Positions 1 through 9,610 are shown, counted from the first letter of the stretch. The stretch is 48,653 bases of DNA from Chthonomonadales bacterium (GCA_038217285.1 JBBQPO010000011.1:1-48653); one strand, 5' to 3'. Notes: generated by a model from the sequence alone, not told the origin. Numbers and translations: made by a program.

Positions 1-1285
1 GTGGGGCGACGAAGCCAAAGGTAAGATCGTGGACTACCTGGCGGCCAACGCGTCGATGGTCGTGCGGTACGGCGGCGGCAACAACGCCGGACACTCCGTA
101 ACCGTTGGGACGGAAGTATACAAATTCCACCTCATTCCCGCAGGTATCCTTAATCCTGCGATCACCTGCGTCATCGCCGATGGCGTGGTGATCGATCCCC
201 GTGTCCTGCTTTCAGAGATCGAAGGGCTTCGCGCTCGCGGAGTCAATTTCGACAACCTTCAGATCTCCGCCTCCGCGCATGTCATCCTGCCCTACCACAA
301 ACTGCTCGACGAGCTGCAGGAGACGCAGCGCGGCGAGAACAAACTCGGCACGACTGGTCGTGGCGTCGGTCCTGCGTATGTAGACAAGGCGGCGCGGGTC
401 GGTATCCGCATGGGCGAGTTTACCGATCCCGCCCGTTTCCCCGCGCGTCTACGAGCCGTACTGGCCGAGAAGAACATTTTGCTGACGAAAGTCTACGGAG
501 CCGAGCCACTGGATGCAGAGGCAATTCTGGCCGAGTATGGCGCGTATGCGGCTGGATTGCGACCCTACGTGCATGACACGGCTTCTCTGGTCAGCAAGGC
601 GGCCAAGAGCGACCGTGGTGTCATCTTCGAGGGCGCGCAAGGAACCCTGCTCGACCTGGATCTCGGCACCTATCCGTTCGTGACCTCGTCGCATCCCATC
701 GCAGGCGGCGCCTGCATCGGAACGGGGGTAGGTCCGACGCAGATCGACGGCGTGATCGGCGTCGCGAAGTCGTATACGACCCGGGTCGGCGCGGGCGCTT
801 TCCCGACAGAGTTGCTGGACAGCACCGGGGAGTATATCCGCGAACGTGGACACGAGTATGGTACGACGACCGGGCGACCGCGCCGGTGCGGGTGGCTGGA
901 CACCCTCATTCTACGCTACGCTGTGCAGGTCAACGGGATGAGCTGTCTGTCTCTGGGGCATCTGGACGTGCTGTGTGGGCTGGACGAGGTGAAGATCTGC
1001 GTTGCCTACCGGACCGATTCAGGCGAAACCTTGAACGAGCTGCCAGCCGACCTGCCATTCCGCACCGATCTCAAGCCCATCTACGAGACATTGCCGGGCT
1101 GGAACGACGATGTCTCCGGGGTCCTTGCAATGCAGGATCTGCCCGCGAATGCGCTGCGGTTCATCCAACGCGTGCAGGAACTGGTCGGTATCCCTATCGC
1201 AACCCTTTCTGTCGGCCCCGCTCGCGAACAGACAATTCTCTTCGACGACGTGCTGAAAGGGATCCTGAGTCGGAACAGTCGGTAA
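1..1285 (+). CDS. purA: Adenylosuccinate synthetase (5'-truncated by the window edge)
   Basis: Frame starting at base 2 reads WGDEAKGKIVD; motifs GGNNAGH, FHLIP, EGAQG, YPFVTSS and EYGTTTGRPRRCGW. Confidence 0.98.
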   Translation, partial: WGDEAKGKIVDYLAANASMVVRYGGGNNAGHSVTVGTEVYKFHLIPAGILNPAITCVIADGVVIDPRVLLSEIEGLRARGVNFDNLQISASAHVILPYHKLLDELQETQRGENKLGTTGRGVGPAYVDKAARVGIRMGEFTDPARFPARLRAVLAEKNILLTKVYGAEPLDAEAILAEYGAYAAGLRPYVHDTASLVSKAAKSDRGVIFEGAQGTLLDLDLGTYPFVTSSHPIAGGACIGTGVGPTQIDGVIGVAKSYTTRVGAGAFPTELLDSTGEYIRERGHEYGTTTGRPRRCGWLDTLILRYAVQVNGMSCLSLGHLDVLCGLDEVKICVAYRTDSGETLNELPADLPFRTDLKPIYETLPGWNDDVSGVLAMQDLPANALRFIQRVQELVGIPIATLSVGPAREQTILFDDVLKGILSRNSR

Positions 1286-1322
1286 AATGGAGCCCTAACC
1301 GGCCTTTCTGCGTCCGCCCGCA

Positions 1323-1351
1323 TTGACAGAAAGGCCGAGTTAGGGTAACAT
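1323..1351 (+). promoter_or_regulatory. sigma70-type promoter for tRNA-Lys
   Basis: TTGACA-N17-TAACAT ending 15 nt before the tRNA. Confidence 0.8.
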
Positions 1352-1366
1352 ATTTTCGCAAGATAT

Positions 1367-1439
1367 GAGAGCATAGCTCAGTTGGTAGAGCAACGCCCTT
1401 TTAAGGCGTGGGTCCTGGGTTCGAGTCCCAGTGCTCTCA
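1367..1439 (+). tRNA. tRNA-Lys(UUU), CCA not encoded
   Basis: Acceptor stem GAGAGCA/TGCTCTC, anticodon arm ACGCC-CTTTTAA-GGCGT, T-loop GTTCGAGTC. Confidence 0.97.
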
Positions 1440-1710
1440 TAATGGTGAAGTTTTTATCGTTGTAACATTTCAGTACTGCTAACGATAGGAACTTCCGTCT
1501 CGTGCTCTCGTGAATCCCCGATTTGTCCCGTACAATATCACACAGATAAGGCCCCGAAAGCGGTGACGCTCACGGGCTATTTCTGTTTTGAAATGCAATA
1601 GAGTGCTAACCTCGCCTCTACTCCTATCCTCTTCTGGTGTCTGCCGGCTATCCCAACCCCAGAACCGTTCTCTCGATCGTCTCGATAAATAGTTCTTAAG
1701 AATTGCCTGT

Positions 1711-1727
1711 TTGGCACGATTTATGCA
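1711..1727 (+). promoter_or_regulatory. sigma54 (-24/-12) promoter upstream of the PEP-CTERM gene
   Basis: TTGGCACGATTTATGCA, with GG-N10-GC spacing, close to the YTGGCACG-N4-TTGCW consensus. Confidence 0.7.
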
Positions 1728-1829
1728 GTCAAGGAAAAGTGAGGTGTTCGAGCCTCGCCGCCCAGGCGGCAACCTAGCCGACCGGGACGCCGTTTTATAG
1801 TTCGTGGGTTCATCCGACCATAAGGAGAA

Positions 1830-2753
1830 ATGATGAAATTTACATGGAAGTCCACTCTTCTCGCTGCCGTTACCATGGTGGCCGCGTCGTTCCACGTTGC
1901 GCAAGCTCAGGTCGTCGTCGAAAACTACCCCAACGCCCCCGTAGTCTTTAATGGAGGTCTCACCGCCGGCAAACTCGGCCCTAACAACTCATCCGCCGGA
2001 AACTACAATCCCGTCAGTTACTTCACCGTGGGAGCGGCGACCTGGTCTGTCTCTCTGAAGCCCTCGCATCCGACCGATCAGAACGACCCGACCGGCAACT
2101 GGACCACCGTGCTGAATGGTCAGAACGCTACCGTGGCAACCCCTGCTGGAGCCAAGAACTACACCTACGGGCAACTGTATGACTTCCCCATAGTCAATAG
2201 CGTCCCGGCGGATTATGGTCTGTCCAACGGAGCGCTGAACGTTCGCACCTATGCTACGTTTGCAAGTGTACCAAACGATCTCTTCGGAATTGACTTCCAC
2301 GTCCAGTACAACCCGACAACGCCTGACCCCCCTTCTGCTGCGAACGTGCATTGGATTCAGGTTCTCAAAGACAACTGGAACTTAGGCGGTGCCCCGGGAA
2401 CACCTGAAAACACAGTGGACGTCCCTGCGAACCTTCCTAATCCCTATTACGATACATCGTTTGTGGGGGACAGTACCTTCCTGTTCGACGAGCCGCGCCG
2501 CAACATCACCGGCCTGGCAGGATATAGTGGCCCGTCTATCACCTTCGATTTCGAGACATTTCTTGTGAAAGAGGTGCTTGTCCCGACCTATAACGTGGAT
2601 GGAACTATCAACTCCAAGGGTAAAGTCCAGGTTTACGATGGCGTCAACTATGGTTTTGTCGCTGCAGTGCCCGAACCCAACTCCGTCCTCTTGTTTGTCG
2701 CGTTGACGAGCAGCGGGATGGTGATGATCTGGAAGCGCCAGCGCGCAGCGTGA
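1830..2753 (+). CDS. Secreted PEP-CTERM sorting-domain protein
   Basis: AAGGAG RBS, N-terminal signal peptide (AQA cleavage site), C-terminal VPEP + hydrophobic helix + KRQR basic tail. Confidence 0.92.
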   Translation: MMKFTWKSTLLAAVTMVAASFHVAQAQVVVENYPNAPVVFNGGLTAGKLGPNNSSAGNYNPVSYFTVGAATWSVSLKPSHPTDQNDPTGNWTTVLNGQNATVATPAGAKNYTYGQLYDFPIVNSVPADYGLSNGALNVRTYATFASVPNDLFGIDFHVQYNPTTPDPPSAANVHWIQVLKDNWNLGGAPGTPENTVDVPANLPNPYYDTSFVGDSTFLFDEPRRNITGLAGYSGPSITFDFETFLVKEVLVPTYNVDGTINSKGKVQVYDGVNYGFVAAVPEPNSVLLFVALTSSGMVMIWKRQRAA

Positions 2754-2891
2754 TGCTCCGGGACGACGATTGACTTACCAGGTCGGTAAGGACACAGGGT
2801 TTCCCCGCTGCAGCCTCGGTAACAGGTTCCTATACCCTGCGTGTCTTCCAGCATACTTGATGGGTCTATCTCCACAACGGAACCGTTAAAT

Positions 2892-2916
2892 CGGCCCCAG
2901 AGTTACTCTGGGGCCG
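2892..2916 (+). terminator. Perfect hairpin, probable terminator
   Basis: CGGCCCCAGAG-TTA-CTCTGGGGCCG, 11-bp stem. Confidence 0.6.
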
Positions 2917-3096
2917 TTCGCTGTACGCCGGGCATGCGCGTGGTCTCTCCTCTAGTCTCTCGGGTTTCCTCCCAATGGGACCACGCGGCGATGAAGCGCG
3001 CTGTTCTGCGCGGATAGGAAATCATGCGCGTGATGGGGTAGTATTCTGATAGAGTTGGATCCCGGACATCGATAGGGTAAACATCGAGGAGATACC

Positions 3097-6000
3097 ATGC
3101 GCGCTTTCCATTCCTTCCTTCCCAGCTTCGTCACGTCAGCACTTGTGAGCGTTCTCGCCATTCTCGGTCTGCCTTCGAACGCGCAGTATACCATTACGGA
3201 TCTCGGAACATTGGGCGGAACTCTCAGCACTGCAAGCGCTATCAACCAGGCAGGGCACATTACGGGTTATGCCACCGATGCTGCAGGCCATGATCGGGCC
3301 TTTCTCTGGCAGAACGGTCAGATGACCGACCTAGGCAGCGCCGCAGGGTACGGACAGAGCCACGGAGCTGCACTGAACAGCCATGATGCCGTCGCCGGAA
3401 ATATTACCGGCACGCCCTCTCCCACCAGTAAGTTCCACGGGGCGCTGTTTCAAGGCGGTGGTATCACCGATATCGGATCCCTCATCGCGCCCCCAAGCAG
3501 CTTTTCGCAAAGTGATGCGTTCGGCATCAATGACAACGGTCAGGTCGTCGGAAACTCTGAGGCGGTCGTGAATGGATCCTACGGCACTCATGCCGTTCTC
3601 TGGGATTCGGTGAACGGTTTGCAAGACCTGACACCCGGCGATCATGGCTCCGCCCTTTACCAGGCGCGGGCAATAAACAATGCCGGGCAGATCGTCGGAT
3701 CTTTAGCGGGAAATGCCTTCCTCTACTTCAATGGCGCGTTAACGGACTTGACGGTCGCTACCGGCGTTACCTTCAATCCGAATAAGATAAACGACCTTGC
3801 ACAGATCGTTGGGGGACAGACCACGCACATTGTCGGCGGTATGTTTCCGAGCATCGACTACGGACATGCGGTCGTCTATCAGAACAGTCAGGCACAGGTA
3901 TTGGGGACATTGCCAGGTTTCGGCGGCAGCACCCTCACGGGCCTCAACAACGTCGGCCAGAGCGTCGGTAGCGCGTTTAATTATAGCGGTACCGGTACCA
4001 TTACAGCGCAAGATGCGATCCTCTGCTATCAATCGCATTTGATCGATCTGAATGCACTCCTTCCCAATGGATCCGGATGGCATCTCACGACAGCCACAGA
4101 TATAAACGACAATGGGCAGATCGTTGGTGAGGGGACCGTGAACGGACAGACGCACGGCTTCCTTCTTACCCCTGCTGCGCTCACCGTCGGTCTCTCTCCC
4201 CAAAGTGTGCTCGGTGGCCAGAATGCGACTGGTTTTATCCTGTTGGGAAGCATGGCCCCAGCGGGAGGTGTGGTCGTCGCTCTGGCCAGTAATAGTAGCA
4301 CCGTCGCCTCGGTGCCGACGACCGTCACCGTCGCGGTGGGCAGCAATACTGCGACATTTGCCGTCGTGACCAACGCTGTCGGCGCCGATACCGCCGTCGG
4401 GCTCTCGGCTACCCTCAGTGGAGAGACCAAGACCGCAAGTTTGACGGTGCAGACCCCAATGGTGCTCTCGCTCTCGGTTCCCATCAGTGTGCGCGGCGGC
4501 GATAGCGCTACGGGATCCGTCACCGTTTCTGGCCCCGCGCCAACGGGCGGCCTCACGGTGGCGCTGAGCAGCAGCAAACCCGGATTGGTCAGTGTGCCGG
4601 TTGGAGTGACGGTGGCTGCGGGCGCTACGAAGGCCACCTTCACTTTTACCACGAGCGCCACCGCGACCGTTACGCCTGTCGTCCTGACGGCCACTCGAGG
4701 TGCGGCAGTTACGGCCAACCTCGACGTGCGACCACCGGACATCACGAGCTTCAACATCACGCCTTTACGGGCGCCCGGCGGCCAGAACAGGACCGGAACG
4801 GTCGTCATCAGCACCGGCGCACCGGCAGGTGGACTTGTGCTCGCCATCAGCAACGACAATACCGCACTTGTAAGCAACCCCGCTTCTGTGATGTTCGCCG
4901 CTGGGGCGACCACAGCGAGTTTCCTCATCACCACGAAGGCCGTATCGGCCAACACGTCTGTCAATGTGTACATGTCGTTCAACAACAGCTCAACCGGCAC
5001 TAATCTCATTCTCACGCCGCCCGACCTGTCCAGTGTAACCGTCGCACCTGTCCGTGTCAAAGGCGGACTGAACAGCATAGGCACCGTCACGATCAGCGAC
5101 CCAGCGGCTACGGGAGGCGCGGTCGTCACCCTCAGTAGTGATAACGCTGCGTCCACTGTGCCCGCCTCGGTAACGGTTCCTTCTGGCGCGAAGACCGCCA
5201 CCTTCACGGTCACGACCAGAGCTGTCGCGGTTGATGCAGTCACCACGCTCACCGCCGCCTTTAACAGTCAGACACGGACGGGCACCCTGACCGTTCAGGC
5301 TCCACTGGTTGCCTCCATCGCCGTCAACCCCGGCACTGTTAAGTCGCTGTCGTCCGCCACCCTTACTCTTACCCTCGATAGTCCTGCTCCCACAGGCGGC
5401 ATCAGCGTCAGCCTCGCCAGCAGTAACACTGTGGCTGCAACCGTTCCCGCCTCGGTCACGGTGGCCGCAGGATCCACGACCGTCACGGCTGCTGTTAAGA
5501 CCTCTTTCGTCAGCACAGATGCTCACCTTACCCTCTCCGCCACTCTCGGAACGACTAGCCCCTCGGTCGCGTTTACGGTGGTCGCCCGGCTTCCCTTCGA
5601 CTTCGACTACGATGGTCACAACGACCTGATCCTTCAGAACCAGGCTACCAACCTCGTCGTCGTCTGGTTCACCAGCGTCCTCGACATCCTCGGAGGAAGC
5701 AGTGTCAGCTATCTGCCTCCCGCTGGATGGCAGGTGGTGGGATGCGCCGACTTCAACCACGACGGCAATCCCGACCTCGTCCTTCAGAACCAGACGACCG
5801 GCAAAATCGTCGTCTGGTACATGGCGGGCACCACTGTCGGAGGCGGAGAGGAGATCTCCTTCCAGCCGGGTCCAGGCTACAAGGTCGTGGGGATCGGGGA
5901 CTTCAACGGCGACGGCAAGCCCGATATCCTCTTCCAGCAGTCGGGGACAGGTCAGTTGGTGATCTGGTTCCTGAACGGGGCTACTGTAACGGGCGGTGTC

Positions 6001-6351
6001 TCGGTACCTCAGGTTCCTGTTGGCGGCTACAACGTGGTAGGAGTGGGCGACTTCAACAACGACGGCAAGCCCGACATCATCTTCCAGAACCAGTCGAACA
6101 ATCAGGTCGTGGTCTGGTATATGAACGGCAGCCAGTTTGCAGGGGGCGGAGCGATCACTTATGTTCCTCCGTTCGGCTGGCAGGTGCATGCGGTGGAGGA
6201 TCTCAACGGCGATGGAAAGCCGGACCTAATCTTCCAAAACCAGACGACGAACCAGTTGCTCGTGTGGTTCATGGACGGCCTGACGATCCCCGGAGGCGGG
6301 CTGATGTCGCTCGTTCCCACCCCCGACTACAAACTCATGGCGCCGCACTGA
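3097..6351 (+). CDS. Large secreted/surface protein: HAF extracellular repeats + tandem Ig-like repeats + FG-GAP/VCBS repeats
   Basis: Signal peptide; YTITDLGTLGG and A.GIND.GQIVG..HAFL repeats; about five T/V/A-rich ~95-aa repeats (APAGG.VV.LSS); five DFNGDGKPDI.FQN repeats. Confidence 0.9.
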   Translation: MRAFHSFLPSFVTSALVSVLAILGLPSNAQYTITDLGTLGGTLSTASAINQAGHITGYATDAAGHDRAFLWQNGQMTDLGSAAGYGQSHGAALNSHDAVAGNITGTPSPTSKFHGALFQGGGITDIGSLIAPPSSFSQSDAFGINDNGQVVGNSEAVVNGSYGTHAVLWDSVNGLQDLTPGDHGSALYQARAINNAGQIVGSLAGNAFLYFNGALTDLTVATGVTFNPNKINDLAQIVGGQTTHIVGGMFPSIDYGHAVVYQNSQAQVLGTLPGFGGSTLTGLNNVGQSVGSAFNYSGTGTITAQDAILCYQSHLIDLNALLPNGSGWHLTTATDINDNGQIVGEGTVNGQTHGFLLTPAALTVGLSPQSVLGGQNATGFILLGSMAPAGGVVVALASNSSTVASVPTTVTVAVGSNTATFAVVTNAVGADTAVGLSATLSGETKTASLTVQTPMVLSLSVPISVRGGDSATGSVTVSGPAPTGGLTVALSSSKPGLVSVPVGVTVAAGATKATFTFTTSATATVTPVVLTATRGAAVTANLDVRPPDITSFNITPLRAPGGQNRTGTVVISTGAPAGGLVLAISNDNTALVSNPASVMFAAGATTASFLITTKAVSANTSVNVYMSFNNSSTGTNLILTPPDLSSVTVAPVRVKGGLNSIGTVTISDPAATGGAVVTLSSDNAASTVPASVTVPSGAKTATFTVTTRAVAVDAVTTLTAAFNSQTRTGTLTVQAPLVASIAVNPGTVKSLSSATLTLTLDSPAPTGGISVSLASSNTVAATVPASVTVAAGSTTVTAAVKTSFVSTDAHLTLSATLGTTSPSVAFTVVARLPFDFDYDGHNDLILQNQATNLVVVWFTSVLDILGGSSVSYLPPAGWQVVGCADFNHDGNPDLVLQNQTTGKIVVWYMAGTTVGGGEEISFQPGPGYKVVGIGDFNGDGKPDILFQQSGTGQLVIWFLNGATVTGGVSVPQVPVGGYNVVGVGDFNNDGKPDIIFQNQSNNQVVVWYMNGSQFAGGGAITYVPPFGWQVHAVEDLNGDGKPDLIFQNQTTNQLLVWFMDGLTIPGGGLMSLVPTPDYKLMAPH

Positions 6352-6396
6352 TCCTCGAAACTTCGGAAGGGTAGAGAGCGGGAAAGGCACCGTAAA

Positions 6397-6693
6397 ATGA
6401 ACCCGATTAACGAAGAAGACCGGCAGGAAACCCTGAGAAACCTGAACGATCTCCTGTCGAGTGAGCGTCAACTGCACGAGGCGCTCGATACGGCGATTCA
6501 ATCGCTGTCGCAGGGAAATGACATCGTCTACCGGAAGACGATGCTGCTCATCGAGATGTCTCGCTCATTTGGACAGATCGATGGGCTCGCCATGTTCATT
6601 CAGACGCTCGACGTGCAGAAAGTCTACGACCATATCACGGACGAGATCTCCGCGATCAACAAGAAAATGACGCGCCTGAACTCGACCGCATAG
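6397..6693 (+). CDS. Hypothetical helical protein
   Basis: 98-aa ORF with plausible codon usage and purine-rich upstream sequence; no recognised motif. Confidence 0.65.
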   Translation: MNPINEEDRQETLRNLNDLLSSERQLHEALDTAIQSLSQGNDIVYRKTMLLIEMSRSFGQIDGLAMFIQTLDVQKVYDHITDEISAINKKMTRLNSTA

Positions 6694-6783
6694 TCTCGGA
6701 CGCTCTTCTTGGTCTGGTATAGACTTCCTGGCGATTTTGAGGTTTGCCCGACATGAGGGGGAAACGAACATTTTTGGTTCGAC

Positions 6784-6809
6784 GGAACTCCGGGTGTCAC
6801 GCAGACGTC
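6784..6809 (+). promoter_or_regulatory. Candidate ECF-sigma promoter
   Basis: GGAAC-N17-CGTC about 90 nt before the 6901 start. Confidence 0.45.
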
Positions 6810-6900
6810 CGACTATCGTAGATTAGAAACAGAATAGTTTGCGAACCCTGTCGAATGATTGCGTCCCATTTCTGAACAGGGCTTATGAAGGAGAGTTCCC

Positions 6901-9540
6901 ATGCTCGCAAATACACAACGCTCCCGCGGGTGTCTGGTTCTTCTCGGCTTGTTGTTAGGAACTGGCGTCTCCGCCACACAGAGCGGACACGCGCAAGGCG
7001 CTTCCGATGGCGGATATGCCGTTACCGAAGACGGCGGAGTGCGCCGCCCCGACCCTGTTTCGGCCGCAGGTACCCAGGAAAATACCGGTCCTGTGCGTCT
7101 CGCACGAATTTCGTTTGTACGGGGCAATGTCACCTGGCGCTCGGAAGAGAGTTCCGATTGGTCCGCAGCGACCCGGAACCTTCCCCTGCGCCAAGGCGCG
7201 CAGATCTGGGTGTCCGAAGGCGGACGCGCGGAGATACAGTTCGACGATGGCAGCCTTTTGCGTCTTGGGACGGGGGCGGTGGTCACCCTGCAGACGCTGT
7301 ACAGTGACAGCGATGGCGAGTTTACCGAACTTAAAATGACGGACGGGCTGGCGTCCCTGCGCCTGCGTCATGATCGCGGCGTCTATCAGGTGAATACCCC
7401 GCTTGGCTCGATCAAGGCGGCAGGACCTGCGAGCCTACGCGTCGGCGTTGGCAACGGTCTGGAGCTGGCGGTAAAGTCCGGCAAGGCGACGATAGAGGGA
7501 GGGCAGGGCAAAGCCGACCTGCAGGGCGGCGATTACCTCGATCTGAGCGGCTCCAACTCGCCGTACAACGTGCGCAATATTCCCCGCCCTGACAGTTGGG
7601 ACCGGTGGAACCAGGACAGGGACGACACGCTGGCGCGCGCCGAGAACACGGTTGAGCGCGAGCATCTGCCTGCCGACATCGCTATCGTTGCGGACGACCT
7701 GAACGACAACGGCACCTGGCGTAACGACAGCCAGTCCGGCTGGGTCTGGTGTCCCCGCGTCACCTCCTCCGATTGGCGACCCTACCACGACGGACAGTGG
7801 ACGTGGGTCAACCCGTTCGGCTGGACCTGGGTTTCCAACGAGGACTGGGGATGGGCGCCGTATCACTACGGAACCTGGATCAGCCGACCGTATGGCTGGG
7901 CTTGGTGTCCGGGGCCGGTCAACCAGTACTGGAGTCCGGCGGTCGTACACTTCAGCGAGTATGGCGGACAGGTAGGCTGGTGCCCGCTGGCGCCCTCCGA
8001 AGTGCGGTACCCGACGACCTTTGGGTTCGGCTTCCGTTCCGGTAATTGGGCCACCTACTTCGCCATCGGCGGAGCGGCGGTCTACTATCCTACGGAGTAC
8101 GGCTACTGCACCGCGCGTGTCTACGATACCCGCTATGTAAACCGCGTGACCTACATCAACAACGTGACCAACATCACGAACGTCTACAACAATAACAACG
8201 CGAGTTACAACCGCCTCGGACTTTCCCAGGAGTCCTACGCCGCCAACAATAACACCGTCTACAACGGACGCAGCGCGTTCATTCCGGTCAACTCCCGGAA
8301 TGCTGCCGGTGTGACTTCGGTACGCACCACCGACTTTGGCGGCAGGGGAGTGTATGCGGCGGTCGCGAAGTCGGACAACTCGCTGTTCACGCGCGGCCGG
8401 GCCGTTGCCGCGCCGCTGCAGGGCCGAGCACCGCTCGCCGGACCGATGTCCGTCGTTCCGACACGGCAGGCGATGACGCCGACACGGACGTTTATCGCTG
8501 CGCCACAGGCGTCAACCAACCTGTCGGCCCGCCCTGTCTATCGTGCTGCGGTCATGCCTTCCATCGCGCAGAACAGCGCGCCGATCACGCCGACAGGCAA
8601 GGTCGTGACGACGTCTCAGACTCAGTTCGTCCGACCGACGGTCGGAACGAAATTTTCCACAAATGTGAACCGCAACGACCGATCCGTCCCGACCGATCGC
8701 ACGGGTACCGGTTCTGTCGGCCACACTGGAACGACAGGGCGTGATCCCGCCCGAATTCAGGTGCAGCCACGCGGAGACTCCACTGCACGGACGGGCGACA
8801 GTCGCACCGGGACCGCGCAGCCTGGTACCACTCAATCTAAGACGGGCAGCACTCCGGACAGGCGTTCGCCTGGGAACGATACGAGGGGAAGCAGCAACCC
8901 GGCGGCGGAGGCGGCAGCTCAGGCGCGGGCCAGCCTCGGTATCTCTCGGTCGCGCCCGAACGGCGGTTCTTCTGACGGTAGCAGCAGCAGTGATCGGACG
9001 ACTCGGCCGACGCGTGACACGGGCTCGAATAGCTCAGGAACCTCGTCACCTTCCCGAGACAGTGGCACTCCGAACTATAGACCGGCCACCTCTCCGCGTT
9101 CAGAGAGCGCTCCGCCGCGCGATACGTCTCCGACCTACACGCCGCGTCCCACCCAGACGGCGCCGCCGAGAAGCGAGCCTAATCGCAGCGAGCCAACGCG
9201 CTCCGAGTCACAGCGTCAGGTACAGCCCACGGCACCGAGAAGTGAGCCAACGCGCTCCGAGTCACCGCGTCAGGTACAGCCCACGGCACCGAGGAGTGAG
9301 CCAACGCGGTCCGAGTCTCCACGTCAGGCGCAGCCCACGGCACCGAGGAGCGAACCGACGCGGAGTGAACCGACCCGCAGCGAGCCGCGTCCCAATCCTC
9401 CTGCACGGGAGCCCGAGAAGCCAGCTCCGAGCAAGGGAAACAGTTCGGATAAGTCGTCCGATAACTCGTCGGATAGTGGGTCCGGTTCGAAAGGATCCTC
9501 GAATTCGACGAACCGTGGACGCCCAGGGCGCGGCGGCTAA
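6901..9540 (+). CDS. Secreted FecR-like + DUF6600-like protein with a long Pro/Ser/Arg-rich tail
   Basis: AAGGAG RBS; signal peptide; RAEIQFDDGSLLRLG (FecR-like); WRPY.DGQWTW..PFGWTWVSNEDWGWAPYHYG.W (DUF6600/YXWGXW-like); disordered C-terminus. Confidence 0.88.
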   Translation: MLANTQRSRGCLVLLGLLLGTGVSATQSGHAQGASDGGYAVTEDGGVRRPDPVSAAGTQENTGPVRLARISFVRGNVTWRSEESSDWSAATRNLPLRQGAQIWVSEGGRAEIQFDDGSLLRLGTGAVVTLQTLYSDSDGEFTELKMTDGLASLRLRHDRGVYQVNTPLGSIKAAGPASLRVGVGNGLELAVKSGKATIEGGQGKADLQGGDYLDLSGSNSPYNVRNIPRPDSWDRWNQDRDDTLARAENTVEREHLPADIAIVADDLNDNGTWRNDSQSGWVWCPRVTSSDWRPYHDGQWTWVNPFGWTWVSNEDWGWAPYHYGTWISRPYGWAWCPGPVNQYWSPAVVHFSEYGGQVGWCPLAPSEVRYPTTFGFGFRSGNWATYFAIGGAAVYYPTEYGYCTARVYDTRYVNRVTYINNVTNITNVYNNNNASYNRLGLSQESYAANNNTVYNGRSAFIPVNSRNAAGVTSVRTTDFGGRGVYAAVAKSDNSLFTRGRAVAAPLQGRAPLAGPMSVVPTRQAMTPTRTFIAAPQASTNLSARPVYRAAVMPSIAQNSAPITPTGKVVTTSQTQFVRPTVGTKFSTNVNRNDRSVPTDRTGTGSVGHTGTTGRDPARIQVQPRGDSTARTGDSRTGTAQPGTTQSKTGSTPDRRSPGNDTRGSSNPAAEAAAQARASLGISRSRPNGGSSDGSSSSDRTTRPTRDTGSNSSGTSSPSRDSGTPNYRPATSPRSESAPPRDTSPTYTPRPTQTAPPRSEPNRSEPTRSESQRQVQPTAPRSEPTRSESPRQVQPTAPRSEPTRSESPRQAQPTAPRSEPTRSEPTRSEPRPNPPAREPEKPAPSKGNSSDKSSDNSSDSGSGSKGSSNSTNRGRPGRGG
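9187..9348 (+). repeat. Three 54-bp coding tandem repeats (SEPTRSES.RQ.QPTAPR), flanked by shorter RSEP units
   Basis: Near-identical units start at 9187, 9241 and 9295. Confidence 0.9.
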
Positions 9541-9610
9541 TTGTCTCTCAATAGAGACGCTCGGACCGGTTCGGACGCGTGCCCGGAACGCCCGGCTTAA
9601 CATGGAACTT

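Noticed and set aside
1601..1609. GAGTGCTAA, the right half of a CIRCE element
   Set aside because: No TTAGCACTC left half at the 9-nt spacing and no chaperone gene downstream
4029..6189. Two long minus-strand ORFs
   Set aside because: Shadows of the repetitive surface protein
9187..9390. Repeats as a possible CRISPR array
   Set aside because: In-frame coding tandem repeats without unique spacers; no cas genes
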